Below are positions 25,206 through 38,828 of a stretch of 64,000 nt of DNA, piece by piece. This DNA is from Octopus vulgaris. Taxonomy: Eukaryota. Numbering within the stretch: position 1 is the first letter of the stretch; every line of letters starts with the position of its first letter. The stretch covers positions 150,660,001-150,724,000 of the forward strand of contig OX597817.1 in the NCBI GenBank assembly GCA_951406725.2. The letters are read 5' to 3'. A model generated the notes under the pieces. That model was not told the origin of the DNA and ran no database searches. It saw only the letters and a program-made list of their open reading frames with translations. The position numbers and the translations under genes were made by a program.

Positions 25206-25584
25206 GAAGTATATTTGCTACCTAAAAGTGTCTAACCCATAGAGGACGATGCAACCGTTGTTTATATCCCCAGGAAGACATCTCCTCCAGCTGGCTAACG
25301 ACACACTGTCTGTGTCCGATCAGTATTTGCGAAGGGAAGTCATCGTTCCCATCTCTAGCCTTACGTGATGGAATCAGTTCTTATCCCTAGCTGTTGATTG
25401 TCGCACGCTGATGACGGGTTACTATTCAGAAACCCGGGACCATGTGTATCAGGTAAGGCTAGAGATGGGAACGATGATTTCCCTTCGCAAATACTGATCG
25501 GACACAGTGTGTTGTTAGCCAGCTCGAGGAGATGTCTTCCTGGGGCTATAAACAACAGTAGCATTTAGGTGGCAAATATACTTC
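25206..25584 (+). mobile_element. Penelope-like fold-back with a type I hammerhead-like motif in the spacer
   Basis: Inverted arms 25206-25369 and 25448-25584, with (TA)n on both flanks. Spacer reads cgcacg-CUGAUGA-cgggttactattca-GAAA-CCCGGG-AC-catgtg. Confidence 0.7.
25402..25446 (+). ncRNA. Degenerate minimal hammerhead ribozyme motif
   Basis: CUGAUGA 25408-25414, GAAA 25429-25432, palindromic CCCGGG, and stem I cgcacg/catgtg. The cleavage triplet reads GAC rather than GUC. Confidence 0.55.
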
Positions 25585-26149
25585 ACTATATATATATATA
25601 TATATATAATGGACTCTCCCGTTGTTAGACGACGTATGAGGGTTCGACAATTTCTTACCGAACAACCACACAAATGATTTGTTTATAGTGATCAAATGTT
25701 TGTGTAGACATAAGCTCACTCTCTCCATCAAATCGACATTACATGCACAGGTGCAACTGGGTGCCACATGTCAGATGTCGAAATGATCGCAGAGCGACGT
25801 GAAATGAAATGTTTTGCTCAAGAACATAACGCAACGATCCCGGAATCGTGAGTGCAACACCCTAACCACTAATCCATGCCTCTTTACACACACACACACA
25901 CACACATGTTAATATCTGTAGATGATAACGTTTTGGGGAATCTCGTGCGTAACTTCATGTTCAGCTGAAGTAAATTACACATAATGTGCTTAGATCTTCA
26001 GTGAACAGAACTTTTTTGTTGACTCTGTTGATGCACCATTTGGATATATATATCTACCCAGATATAAGTATAAAGCCGTGGTATGCATCTATTTATTATT
26101 TAAGTCGTCCTCATACGGGTCCTCCAGCGGCGCTTTCAGTCATCTCGGC

Positions 26150-26760
26150 CCTCCATACATCTTGCTAGTATTTCCCGCTCCTATACCTTTCTTTAACACA
26201 ACAACCACTTTATGTTGCTGTAGGCTGGCTCCCATAGCACCAGCCAGTTGGTTGGGAACGCCCAATGTCTCTGACAGTCACCGACCACCCTCATTCTTTT
26301 GATTGTTATTTTCTCACACGACTCTGGTAACCCACTTACCGAAGAGCCTGTGGATGACGTGATTGTGATTGTTTGTATGTTAAGTACCATATTCAATATT
26401 ATGCTGTAGCATCCATCCAGAGACTTCTGCCCAGTAGGCTTCAGAGCCCAGCAGTCATGGCCATTAAGTAGAACGGACTCTACCATGGAAGAAGCTGAGC
26501 TTAATGTGTCAAGTGAGTTTGGAGTTCAACACATTGAATATGTCGTTTCATGAAAGCGTGTTCCTCACTTTGAAGTCTTACCCTGACGAGTCGATCCATG
26601 TACCAAAACATTTGCAGTCTTTGACTTCCCTTGGAGTAGTAGTTTCGTTATTATTAGTAATGGATGGTTCTGGGGGATATGGAAGGTGATGACCTCATTC
26701 TTAATGGCATTTAGTCTAAGACCAGCCTTGGCACAATGTACCTCCACGTCGTCCAAGATA
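26150..26760 (-). mobile_element. RTE-like LINE reverse transcriptase remnant
   Basis: AKAGLRLNAIKNEVI and VESVLLNGHDCWAL...LDGCYSIIL resemble the RTE motifs GLxxNxxKT and VESVLLYGxExW. Confidence 0.75.
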
Positions 26761-26999
26761 CTTCAGTGTAAAAATATCTTTCGAGTGTCCCTTTTTTTAG
26801 TTCATTATATTCAGTCTTCCTTAACCTCTCGTTCATAGATGTCTTTTACATACAACTTAGAGATCTCACATCAAATCTGTATTACCTTTATGAATAAAGA
26901 TTTCGAAAATGTTCTCCAGTGAGGGTATAATGACCTTGTTATTTAGCAATTTGTACACAATTAGAGTACAAATTAAGAAACCATATTGTATAATCTCTG

Positions 27000-27375
27000 A
27001 CAATAAGCTGCTGGAGTCGCTTCAGATGTTATCCTTCACAATCACTGATGATCTGTTGGCAACCTCACATCCATAATCTAGCAAAAACTGCATTCCAAAG
27101 ATTAGCCTTCCTCTTCAGAACCAGAAAATATTTCACTCTTGACACCCAAACAATTGCTTCACGTAAAGGCGTCTTAAACTCAAGAGAAAGTCATACAAGG
27201 ACTCACTCTCCAACTCACCAACAATAATAATGCCTTCGCTTCCTCTTCTATCGCCACTACCCGTGATTAACACCGAAGCCCACCAATCACACCCGCCTCT
27301 TCTCTTCAAATATTATGCCATACCCTTCTTCTCTAGAACGCCAAACTACTAGAATTCCCTCCATGTGCAGGCTTT
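27000..27375 (+). mobile_element. Old CR1-like LINE 3' remnant
   Basis: Degenerate FFSRT...NSL sequence near 27325-27362, similar to 47990-48050. Confidence 0.35.
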
Positions 27376-29575
27376 TACTATGGAGGTTGATTTACAGCTG
27401 TTGAAGCTGAATATTATCTGTATAAATCTGGCAAGCCTAGGAGGTCCTACGGGGGTCGTTGGCTTAATATCTTCCTACTCATTAAAAATCATTAAAAAAA
27501 ACAGACCAGAGAACTGTAGTCTACTTTACTTGGATTACACAAGGGATTTCTAGAAGTTTAACATCAACATCGGATTTTGTGGTGAAAATTCTCCGTAATG
27601 AATCACTTGGCTCTCGGTGCGTAATTTGACGGTGTGTAGATGTATTCAGAGAAAGCTGTGTTGGCAGATATATCTATGCTCAGGTGAAGAAGGGAATTAT
27701 ATAAAAAAAAAATTGTTCTTTGTTTGGAACGAGATAAAACATTTCTTTGTTGGATGTTTCCTGTTCATAACAGAGAACATGAATTTTATGGCGTTAAAGG
27801 GCGTCTTTATATGTATCTATTTGCTTAACTGTATTTGACATAAGCATCTTCATTTGTATTCATTTCCAACATTTAATATCGTCTGCATGGCTGCTACTAA
27901 GTATGGCCGATTGTACATTTGTTTTTTTTTTTATTATCTTATAACATTATGAGAACAAAAGGTTTTCAAGAACAGTGTTTCATTTACTACTGAAGATTTT
28001 TTTTTTCAAATAGAGCATCGTTAGCGCCACCAATTCTAACATCAGTCTTTAAGGAAATGAGTCAAATGTCCAACCTTTCTGTTATGCACATCTTTTTCAG
28101 CTTGTGGCATAACGTGACATAAACGACCTTTCCAAGTCAAATATATGCAGTCAACTCTTGATCAAAAGAATAAGCTCTTCAATATTTAGTTATATTGTTG
28201 GAGTTTTGAGCGTAGCAGCTTCTTCTAGGGCAGAAACCACTAGTCTTGAAGGCCCTGAAAAAGGTCATGGGTCCTCCTGGTGAAGGTGTTGTTGAAGGTG
28301 TTTATGAGAGGTGCTTGACTGGTAGAATATATCTCGATGTGCATTCATTTGTAGGAAGAAGGTACATTCGAAGTATAAGTGTAAAATGAATTTCATTACA
28401 CAAGAGATCTGATTTAAAAAGATGGAATTTGAAGAAAGAAGTCAGGTGTATGAATTTTTCACTCATGCAATACGTTTGCAATGTAGCTAATGTGTATCCG
28501 GACGTTTGGAGAATATTTGGCGGAAGGAGCGGGTCGCTTCGCTACCAGACGACATCCGTGTAGGCAACTAGCAACTTGAGAAGTGGGACGGACCGTGTAG
28601 TAGAAAAGACCACAAAGATAAGTCTTGACTGTGTGAGAGTGCCTGTAGAGGTTTGTGTAAAAAGACACCGCCTTGTACCCTACATTGCTTGTCAGACAAA
28701 ACAGTTTTTACTTACATGTGATGAACGAAAGAAATAGAGATAGAGAGGAGTGGGGTAGGTTAGCAATATTCTAGGTCGAATTTGCTGCAGTCAGTTGCTA
28801 TTTCGGTATATTTTTGGTTTTGCAAAAAATACGTCGGCTCGGAATAGTATGTTACTCATTCATACTACAAGGCACATATTCTTCATACATTTGAGTCCTC
28901 CTTACGTACGTGGCATGGCGCATTTGTCGCATATTGTAAGACACGATATAACATCCAAATAAATAATGATCGTCTGACAAAAGAAGCCACGACCGAAAAT
29001 TTAAAATGATAATAATAATTATAATAATGTTAGTGTACCATGAGAAGAGTTCTCCTTGTGACGCATTATCAGTCTCCTTTTTCTTTTCTTTTCCGACTAT
29101 ATTTAACCAATTTTTATCAACTAAAACCACTACAAGTTTCCTTGAATATGAATATTTAACTTAGCCTCAACCACTTGCTAACTTGACCCTTTCTTCTGAT
29201 ACCACATGAGTCTGCTTTTGTAAAGTTGTGTACTTGTTATCCAGCTATGCCTCTCCAATTCATAATAATCTCTACCCGTATCTCTCTTTCCTCTAGTCCC
29301 TACCGAACTCCTCTCCAAGCCTTCCTTGTTTTCCTACAAAAATAGAACTACAGGGAGTCTGCAAGTGCTTATGACACTTCTCGTCTCCAAACAGTAACAT
29401 TAAAAATATTACAAAAAACTGCACGCCTTTTTTATACAGGTTATCTTTCTTAGTGTATAGCAGATAAAAAGTTACATCGCCTTCATACAAATTACCTGTC
29501 ATGATAAATGTTTTATATTTACTACTCATAATCATCTATTATTGCGTTGATATACACTCGCCCAAATGGTTCCCA

Positions 29576-29990
29576 GGATCTTTTCGGTTTGAACGGCAGT
29601 TTTTTTAAATAATTTCCACGTAACTAAACACTTTTAAACTTCGTATACTGGTAGAATGTGTTTATAAAACATCTTTTTCTCTTGGCTTTATTGAGAAAAT
29701 TCTATAGTTTGTAAGATATTTGTTGTTTTTCTTTTCTTCAATTTCTGCAATTTCAACCAATCAGTAACGTCTATTGAGTTAAAAAGCATTCTGTGCCGTA
29801 TGAATATGTCCCTCGTTTAAGAAACAGATTGGGTTTATTTACATTTCCGAAGAAAAAAAGATACCCTTCCCCCAACCCCTAACCCTAACCCAGATTGAAA
29901 TGTAATAGATCGATTCTAGGGTCGTAATTATTGGTGACAATTTCATATGACACCGATAGAAAAAAACTGCCGTTCAAACCGAAAAGATCC
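29576..29990 (-). mobile_element. Merlin-like MITE, copy 4 (inverted)
   Basis: Same TIR; TSD ggttccca/ggttcccg. Confidence 0.85.
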
Positions 29991-32921
29991 GGTTCCCGTA
30001 TTGTTTTGGGCGTATTAAGATTTTTAGCCTTTCAAAAGTGGAATAAATTATTTTGCTGTGAGGGATCTTTCAAATTTCCACTGGTGCAGTCAAATAGAAA
30101 AGCTCCAAAATGAGTTAAAAATAAAAATATTGTACCTGGTTAACAAATTTTATTTCTAAGAAAATTCACAATCCCTTTAAACACCCAGCACGCCCATAGC
30201 AATCATTTGCCGTCACTCCTAGTAATTCAAAACCCTTAGATTAAGAACTACTTTGGTTATTTGGGCAGAGCGGGGAGCTTTTAAGCAGTCTATAGTAGAG
30301 GAATGCCCATTCGTTTTAATTAGGTTTATGCATCATCTTTACGATGATTTCAGTTAAATACGTCTGGCAAACACGAGAATTTAAAATTATGTGTATCATT
30401 CACCCTGTTTCACAAGGAGAGTTATGTCCAAAACAATTTACAAGCCTTCTGGTAGAAGTGGTGCGGCTGGTATATAACTTAATACATATGCAACTAAATG
30501 TTTACAGGAAGAGGTCCGTAAAAAGTGCGAGAACCGAGATGGAGGGGTCTGGTCTGATCGCTTGCAAATGCGTGTACTCAACTTAAGAGACTCAATGACC
30601 AGACAGTGGAGTTCAACCGAGTGGCGTTAAGCCAACCATCTAAAACTGTTCATACTGTAAGCAATACGCAGTGCTTGCTGAGTTTTTACTGTTCTAAGAA
30701 AAGACACACATTTTGTTCTCGACGTCGCCTGGTTTCTAAAAATGATTGTTTTTTCAAGCATAAAAGTCATTTTATATCATCTGAAATTCAAGTTATATTC
30801 ATGTTGCTGTTCGATAAAACCTGCTCTCTACTGCATGAGTTTGCAAATTTCTTGACAAGCCATCTACAACCCAGTTTTGATCGTAGCCATTTCAGTTACA
30901 TCGTATTATAGTCATAAAATTTCCAGTTTTCAATTTCTATATTTCATACATGGGGTATGAAATACGAGCTAACAGTTTTTATTCTATTAAAGATTTAATT
31001 AAGTTCCGCATACTTCTAATAATCTTTATACTTTTCTCATGTCCTTTGTAGTTGATCTGATCTTTTTTCTTCTCGAGAGCAAACTTTGAACCTGATGCAG
31101 TCATTGCATTTTATGTGACCTAAGTCATAGGGGCACTAGAACGTTTCATTTTCTATTCAGCTAATGCTTCTATCAACTGCGAAGACGAACTATAGAGCTA
31201 ATTAAATTCTTGGGGTCTGGGTTATTTGTCTAGATTAGTTTTAGCGGCAAAGTAGAGAGGAATGGTCATTTTTGGCTTCAAAGTCCAACTTCGCTCCAAT
31301 GGCTGCTTAAGATTTTTCAACGAGTGCGACTGTAATGAAGAACTAGCTGTACTCAGTGCTAAGAATAAATTTTAAATCACGAATGCTTTCTAACTGTTGG
31401 CAAGGGCCAGTGAGGGAGCCTCTATACGGTCGCTTGACCTGCTTGAAATAACAACCAAATCTACCTCAAATTACATTTCCACAGTTTTAAAGAGAGATGG
31501 GCACATTAGATTATATAAAAACGACAGGGTGTTCACAGTTGGATTGCCTTTAGTCATATGTCTACTCTGGACTGATGTGGGGAAGTCAAGAATAACAACG
31601 AGTGTAGAGAGTTAGAAAAATATCGAATGTATCCTCTCATTGACATCTATTTATAATGATGTGATTCCCGTTGTATTTATCTAAGATGGCTACATAAGCC
31701 TACTTTTTTCACCAAAATGAACGCTGACATAAGAATTAGAGCACGACTGGGTCTAACATTTCTCCTTGTTGATCTACTGACAAATGGAGACGTTGACAAG
31801 GGCCATATACTTCATCCACACACACACACACATATTTGACGGGCTTCTTCACAGTTTCCGTTTACCAAATTCACTCACAAAGCATTGGTTGATCCGGGGT
31901 TATAATGTAAGACAGTTGCCCAAGGTGCCGCACATCGGGACTGCACCTGAAACCACTTAGTTGCTAAGCGAGCTTCTTAACCACACAGCCAACGTTAAAA
32001 GTTTTAGACTTCCTTGCATTGATGCCTCGGAATTCTTAGAGGACGAGTTGCTTCCTGTTATTCTCTGTATAAGAGTATTTGAGTCGACATTCTTTGAACG
32101 AGGCCAGCTCATGGCGGGTTTTGATGTAAAACCAGCTTCCTTATTGAATTTGGTCTAATTAAGTATTTCGTTGTTCGTAACATGGCCAGTTATTTTCACC
32201 GCTTCTTCGTGTCTATGTGCGTATGGACAGTGTGGTCTGATGTGTCTCTTCTGCTGATATTGTTCTGTATGTAACGTCCATACCAAATACATCCTAGGAT
32301 ACAGCCATCATGTTCAGTTCGCTTATTACTGTTTAAGCATGGGTCATCTCTGATTGAATACATCTGTAATCAAAGGCGTTCTATCCATGACCATGTTATT
32401 TATTTTTCTAAGCGTAGTATATCATGGAATTAATGTTTTAAGACGGTGAGGTGTACGTAATTTGAGGAAAAGTTGGCTATTATTTCTAGCAGGTCGAGCG
32501 ATCATGTAGACAAGGAACATGAAAACTTTATACAAACAACACCGAGAAAAATCGCAAAAGAACTCTAAAGACAAGTGGTTATTAAAAGCAGCTTTTAGTT
32601 TTAACGTCCATAATTGGTAAAATATTAAAACACAAGGATTACAACAGAAAGGTAAAAGCTTCCAAAATAAACTTTGTGGAAGATGGATGAAAGAAAAGTT
32701 GAATATAGTGAACCCACTAAAATCTGTGAGAGCTCTAATCCATTTAACTGAAATAAGAGCAGTTCTGTCTGTCATTGACTGAAAGCTTGAATTGAAGATA
32801 TGAAAGATGAAATTCTCCCCCGCCTTGATTAATTTTACTGAGAAAGAACTGCTAGGTTCTTGATGTGATGGTTTACATCATCAATAGACTGATGAGCAAA
32901 CGAGCCAGATACCCTTTACAT

Positions 32922-33530
32922 CAGTGGTTCTCAACTATTTTTTACCCATTTGATTTCCATTTTACTTGGGTGGACTCTCACAGCCTTTCGATGTTCAAAA
33001 AATTCCCATTATATTTTTAGAATTAAATATTATTAGTAATTGCATTATGGTTCCGGGTTCAGTCCCACTGCGTGGCGCCTTGGGCAAGTGTCTTCTGCTA
33101 TAGTCCCGGGCCGACCAAAGCCTTGTGAGTGGATTTGGTAGACGGAAACTGAAAGAAGCCCGTCGTATATATGTATATATATATATATATGTGTGTGCGT
33201 GCATGTTTGTGTGTCTGTGTTAGTCCCCCTAGCATTGCTTGACAACCGATGCTGGTGTGTTTATGTCCCCGTCACTTAGCGGTTCGGCAAAACAGACCGA
33301 TAGAATAAGTACTGGGCTTACAAAGAATAAGTCCTGGGGTCGAGTTGCTCGATTAAAGGCGGTGCTCCAGCATGGCCGCAGTCAAATGACTGAAACAAGT
33401 AAAAGAGTAATATTTGGTGTATTGAAGAAGTATAAGCAACTTATTGCTTATAAATTTTAAGAGAAAATCTTATATGGACCCGCAAGGGTCATATGGATTC
33501 CCATAGGTTATATGGACTCCGGTTGAGTCA
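32922..33530. mobile_element. hAT-like MITE with nested SINE family A (33047-33408)
   Basis: Starts cagtggttctcaac and ends near ggttgag. The internal SINE copy is little diverged. Confidence 0.65.
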
Positions 33531-34099
33531 CACAACGTCTTCAAAAACACTGGATAATATAATTCATGATAAAGAAAAAAAAACAGGGTGGTCACAGTTG
33601 GAGCGCCTTTGATCTCAAGTTTCCCTTTAAATAAAGGACATTGTCGAACGATCTAGTCCATTATATACAAAGATATGATGGTCCCGACTAGAACGTCTTT
33701 GATTATAGCACTGGTGTATCAAGCGTGGTCTGGGGTTAAACAACTGATGAATAACATGACGCATACAAACGAAAGCTTTACATTCATAAACAATTATCTC
33801 CATCGCTTATTTGTGTTTATGTATGTTTTGTATGTGTATGTATTTCGTTGGTTGTGTGTTTTGCTGTGTGTATATGTATGTTTTGTTCGATCTGTTCCGT
33901 TTGAGAAACGAAATTATTGAATAATTTCTTCCCTGTCTTTCTCAGCGGATGTCCTTGTTTTTAATATTTGTCTTATTCGTCAAACATGTCATATTTACTT
34001 AACACATACATGTAATGTTGTGGAACGAACCACAATTTTAACTTTTTTCCCCACCTCCATCCTGCTTTAACTTAACGACTGCAACGCTTTGTATGGAGA

Positions 34100-34682
34100 A
34101 ACAATTTCGAACAAGCAGACGACATAAGACATTGGCGCTTGCTGACTCACGAGGCAGCGGAGGAAGGGGGAGTAAAGAAAGAAGCAGTTCTTAACCTTCC
34201 CCTCCCTCACTAACTCTCATCACTCACTCTCTCACTCTCGTCACTCACTCCTCCTTTTTCTATTCCTCCCTCTCTTTCTTCATTTACTTCTTCAATGACG
34301 ACAAAATGACTAATGCCATCATATCCTGATAGCACATGCGTTTACACACACCACCGTTCATTCAAACAGGCTCTCGTCTGGTTTGCTTGTTCGCTCGCTC
34401 TCTTCTCTCTTGTTTTCACTGACAGATTAGACTGACAACTTTCAAATCAGATGGATGCTTGTTAAGTCTTCTTAAGTTGGTGAGAGAGAAAAAAAGGACG
34501 ACCCAAACCACCGGGATCTCATTCATCGGAATATTACCAAAATATTGTATTTTTATTGTTGATTTGCTTGATGTAGGACCGTCACTAGCTTCCTCGGAGT
34601 ATTTACCGTTTCAGTTTCAACAATATACATTGTAAAAAAAAAAAATATTTATATATATAGTTTTAATTTTCTCTGCAACGAA
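34100..34682 (+). promoter_or_regulatory. Putative promoter and 5' UTR of the plus-strand gene
   Basis: Repeat-free, CpG-retaining stretch with TGACTCA (34143-34149) and a CT-rich tract, directly upstream of an ATG exon with a GTAAGT donor. Confidence 0.5.
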
Positions 34683-34722
34683 ATGTTCATAGATCAGCTT
34701 ACAACATTTTCTTTCATAAATG
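34683..34722 (+). CDS. First coding exon (MFIDQLTTFSFIN, phase 1) of an uncharacterised coiled-coil protein
   Basis: ATG at 34683 and consensus donor G|GTAAGT at 34723. Phase 1 fits the exon at 59597. Confidence 0.55.
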
Positions 34723-35090
34723 GTAAGTTCCGTCTGATTTCCAACTCTTAGAATTGTAATATCTTGTATTTTTTTTAATGTTGTGCTTATTATATATCTT
34801 ATGTATGTATATGTGTGTGTGTGTGTGTCTATTTAAACTGTAGCCAGTTTTAATTAGGGAACATGTGATTTGTTTATGGTTCATTAAGGTTTTATTATGA
34901 AATGGCTTGCTTCGAAGCATATCTTTCATGCGTGTTTCACATGATTGTCGAGGTCGTGTGTTCGTTTCTCTATAATTGTGTATTTACATAGATTGTGTGT
35001 GTGCTCGCGTGGTATGTACATGAATTTGCAAACAAGCTTCGTGATCAAGGATACACCGAATAGTAACATTAGTCTCAGTTCTACAATGAA

Positions 35091-35373
35091 TTATCTATCT
35101 ATCTATCTGTCTGTCTATATGTCTTTCTGTCTGTCTATTTATCTATCTGTTTATCTATCTATCTGTCTGCCTGTCTATCTATCTATCTGTCTGCCTGTCT
35201 AACTATCTATCTGTCTGTCTGTCTATCTATCTATCTGTCTGTCTATTTATCTATCTGTTTATCTATCTATCTGTCTGTCTATCTGTTTATATATCTATCT
35301 GTCTGTCTATCTATTTATCTGTCTGTCTATCTATCTATCTGTTTGTCTATCTGTCTATCTAACTATCTATCTG

Positions 35374-35442
<69 letters not shown>
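35091..35442. repeat. (TCTA)/(TCTG) compound microsatellite
   Basis: Directly visible. Confidence 0.95.
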
Positions 35443-35443
<1 letters not shown>

Positions 35444-36545
35444 CACACACACACACACAGAGTGTATCGAGCACTTTACCTTAAATTCGTGGTTCTCCCG
35501 GGGTTTTTTTAAGCGAGGGTCTTTCTTTCTCTTCATATACATAAATTGATAATAAATTTATTATTGAGGTCAAATATTCTCGATTTTGTGAATTATCTGA
35601 AGTAGAGCGTGTGTATGTATGTATTGACTGACATATAAAAACGATTTAGATTCTATCAATTGCAAGAATATTTCTACGCTGATTTCTATTGTTTCCCGCC
35701 CCACAAGAATTAAATAACAAATTGTTATTTAAAGAAACGTTTGAAGGTGAAATTGCTTGGAGGAATTTGGCACAGATTTATTTCTGTTGAATATCAACGA
35801 ATGCAATGTAAAGACTTCACTGGCTAATATCAGAGAATATGATTCCAAATTGTGTTATTGTATTATTCTATAAATATCTACTATTACTATAAATATCTTC
35901 ACAGTAATGCTATACTTGTTTCTTCAAGCTGCCCACCCCCCGCCGCTTAATGGCACATCCGTTTTGTTGATCTTAATCGAACTAAATTGATGGATTCAAA
36001 TGTCACACCCAAGCTCCTTTGTCTCGTGTTTTTTTTTGGCTCTGTCTTCCGAACTTTTTTTACTCTCCAGATGTTTTTGGTCTGCAGAATTTGTAATGCT
36101 ATTATTATTTTTTATCTTTCACATTTCCTTTACTTGCTTCAGTCATTGGACTGCGGCCATGCTGGGGCACCGCCACGACAGGTTTTAATTGAACAAATCG
36201 GCCCCAGTGCCTATTTTAAATCTGGTACTTATTCTATCGGTCTATTTTACTGGACCGCTAAGTTACTGGGATGTAAACAAATCAATGCCGGTTGTCAAGC
36301 GGTTGTGGGGAACCAAACATGCATACATATGTATATATGACGTGCTTCCACACAGTTTTCTTCTACCATAACTCAGGGCCGACCAATGCCTTGTGAGTAA
36401 ATTTAGCAGAAAACACTTGCCCAGTGTGCCACGCATTGGAACTGAACCCAGAACCACGCAGTTTCATGTTCACCTTTCTTTTAAATTGGATAGTTCTTAC
36501 TTTAGGGGACTAATGTACAACAAAGCTGGTTTGATTAATACAGAG

Positions 36546-37096
36546 TAGCGGTTCCCAACTTTTTCACTACCAAGGACTCCTTCTATTTAAATGAGTTTCC
36601 CCACGAACCCCATTTAATATGCTTATCCTTGTGTGTGTGTGTGTGTGTGTATATCCTCTTTTTTCCTCTTTTACTTGTTTCAGTCATTTGACTGCGGCCA
36701 TGCTGGAGCACCGCCTTTAGTCAAGCAAATCGACCCCAGGACTTATTCTTTGTAAGCCTAGTACTTATTCTATCGGTCTCTTTTGCCGAACCGCTAAGTT
36801 ACGGGGACGTAAACACACCAGCATCGGTTGTCAAGCGATGTTGGGGGGACAAACACACACACACACATATATATATATACATACATATATACGACGGGCT
36901 TCTTTCAGTTTCCGTCTACCAAATCCACTCACAAGGCTTTGGTCGGTCTGAAGCTATAGTAGAAGGCACTTTGCCCAAGGTGCCACGCAGTGCAACTGAA
37001 CCCGGAACCATGTGGTTGGTAAGCGAGCTACTTACCACACAGCCACTCCTGCATATATATATACTACCTTTGTGGACCCCAGGTTGGGAATCTCTG
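36546..37096. mobile_element. hAT-like MITE with nested full-length SINE family A (36656-37052, minus)
   Basis: TIRs tagcggttcccaac and gttgggaatctctg; 8 bp TSD atacagag/atatagag. Confidence 0.8.
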
Positions 37097-37894
37097 ATAT
37101 AGAGGATCTGAGAAGAGCAATGTTTATATATCTGGATTGACATTTTGCCTGACAAGTGAAAGTGTTTTAAAGATAATCTTCGTAGTATTTGAGATGTTAT
37201 TTGGCATAAAAACATAATAAATGGTTTTGGTGCAACCGATTACATTTATGCATAACCATGTTGCGAACGCAGTTGCACGTTGATGACTGAAAACTAACTT
37301 CATTTAAATGGGGAAGAAAAAATAAAAAGCGAAAGCAAAAAAAACCTACTTCATAAACTTTACCGTGTTGCATGATATGTTTGGCTAAATTCTCGTGAAT
37401 AACAAATACCATACCATTCATGCTAAAAGAGAATGAAACGTATATGCACATGCTTGAATATACACATGAGCACCAGTATGGTTATGTAGGTAAGATGTTT
37501 GTTTCACAATTCAATGGATCTGGGTTCGATTCCAATGCACCTTTGGTCAGTGTTTTGTTACATTATCTTCAAATTGATCAAATCTTTGTGAGTGAAATTT
37601 GGTTGTCGAAAATTATGCAGAAGCCCATTATATGTATCTCCATTAGTGTAGGATGGCAGAATGAGTGTTTTGAGCAAAAATAGTCAGTGATTCATATATA
37701 TATATATATATATACATATGTATGTATATATATATATATACACACACATACGCAGTGGAAGCGTGTTAGGTATGATCATAAGATTCTGGTTTCGATTCCT
37801 GGACTGGGTGGTGTGTTGTGTTCTTGAACAAAACACTTATTTCACGTTGCTCCAGTCCACTCAGCTGGCAAAAACGAAAATTCCTGTGAAGGAG

Positions 37895-37949
<55 letters not shown>

Positions 37950-38828
37950 CATACACACACACACTCCAAAGAAACCAGGTAACCAGTCATATAAGTCTAT
38001 ATGACTTGGGAAGAAGCATTTTTCTTTTTTAAATATGTAAATACAAAGCATGGTATAATGATTTTTTTTTTTACTTTCTCTAGTTAATTTGATACATTAT
38101 AGATTGGAAATGATTGATGAGGTGATTTCATGTGAAAATGTATATGACTATACTCAGGTTGTTGACTCAGAAACGTTGTTTATAGTGAATGGTTCAACAT
38201 TGAATTGGTTGCAATTTTTTGAGAATTTTCTTTTAGTTTGGGTTATAATTTATCAATATTTGCAACATTATCTTTGCAATAGTGATGGTTTATTTTGAGA
38301 AAAAAAATATATCTTGATAGGTCAGCTGGTAAGGCTGCTGTAAGATTTTCATAATTCTTTGTAGTGTGTAAAAACATGAGAACAAGTTTTTAGGTTCTTA
38401 TCCACTAAAGTGACTATTGACATAATTAGTATTGAACTATCAGTTTACTATATAAAAAATGTTGGCGGCTATGCAAACAGACTATAGCAGTAGCTAGTGA
38501 AACTAGTTTGTTTGGTAATTGAACTACTGCTCCGTATACGAGTTTGGTTGGACAGTAGAATAAGTAAGCTTTTTAGGGGTAAGCATTTGTAGCAGTTGGT
38601 AGTCATAGCTATACATGAGAGAAGCTTTGATTTTTAAATTTGCTGCAAAGTGTTGACTGTTATGGTATATAGGCAGCTTAGGAAATTTGGAAGAGAGGCA
38701 CTCTTTTGAGTGGATCCAAACTGTTGTATTTAATCAGTTGTTAGGTTTGTGTGCATGCCAGCCTTTGCAATTCATTTATGAAGAAACACATCATTGACTT
38801 GTCTTCTGGATTTACAATATAAATCACA

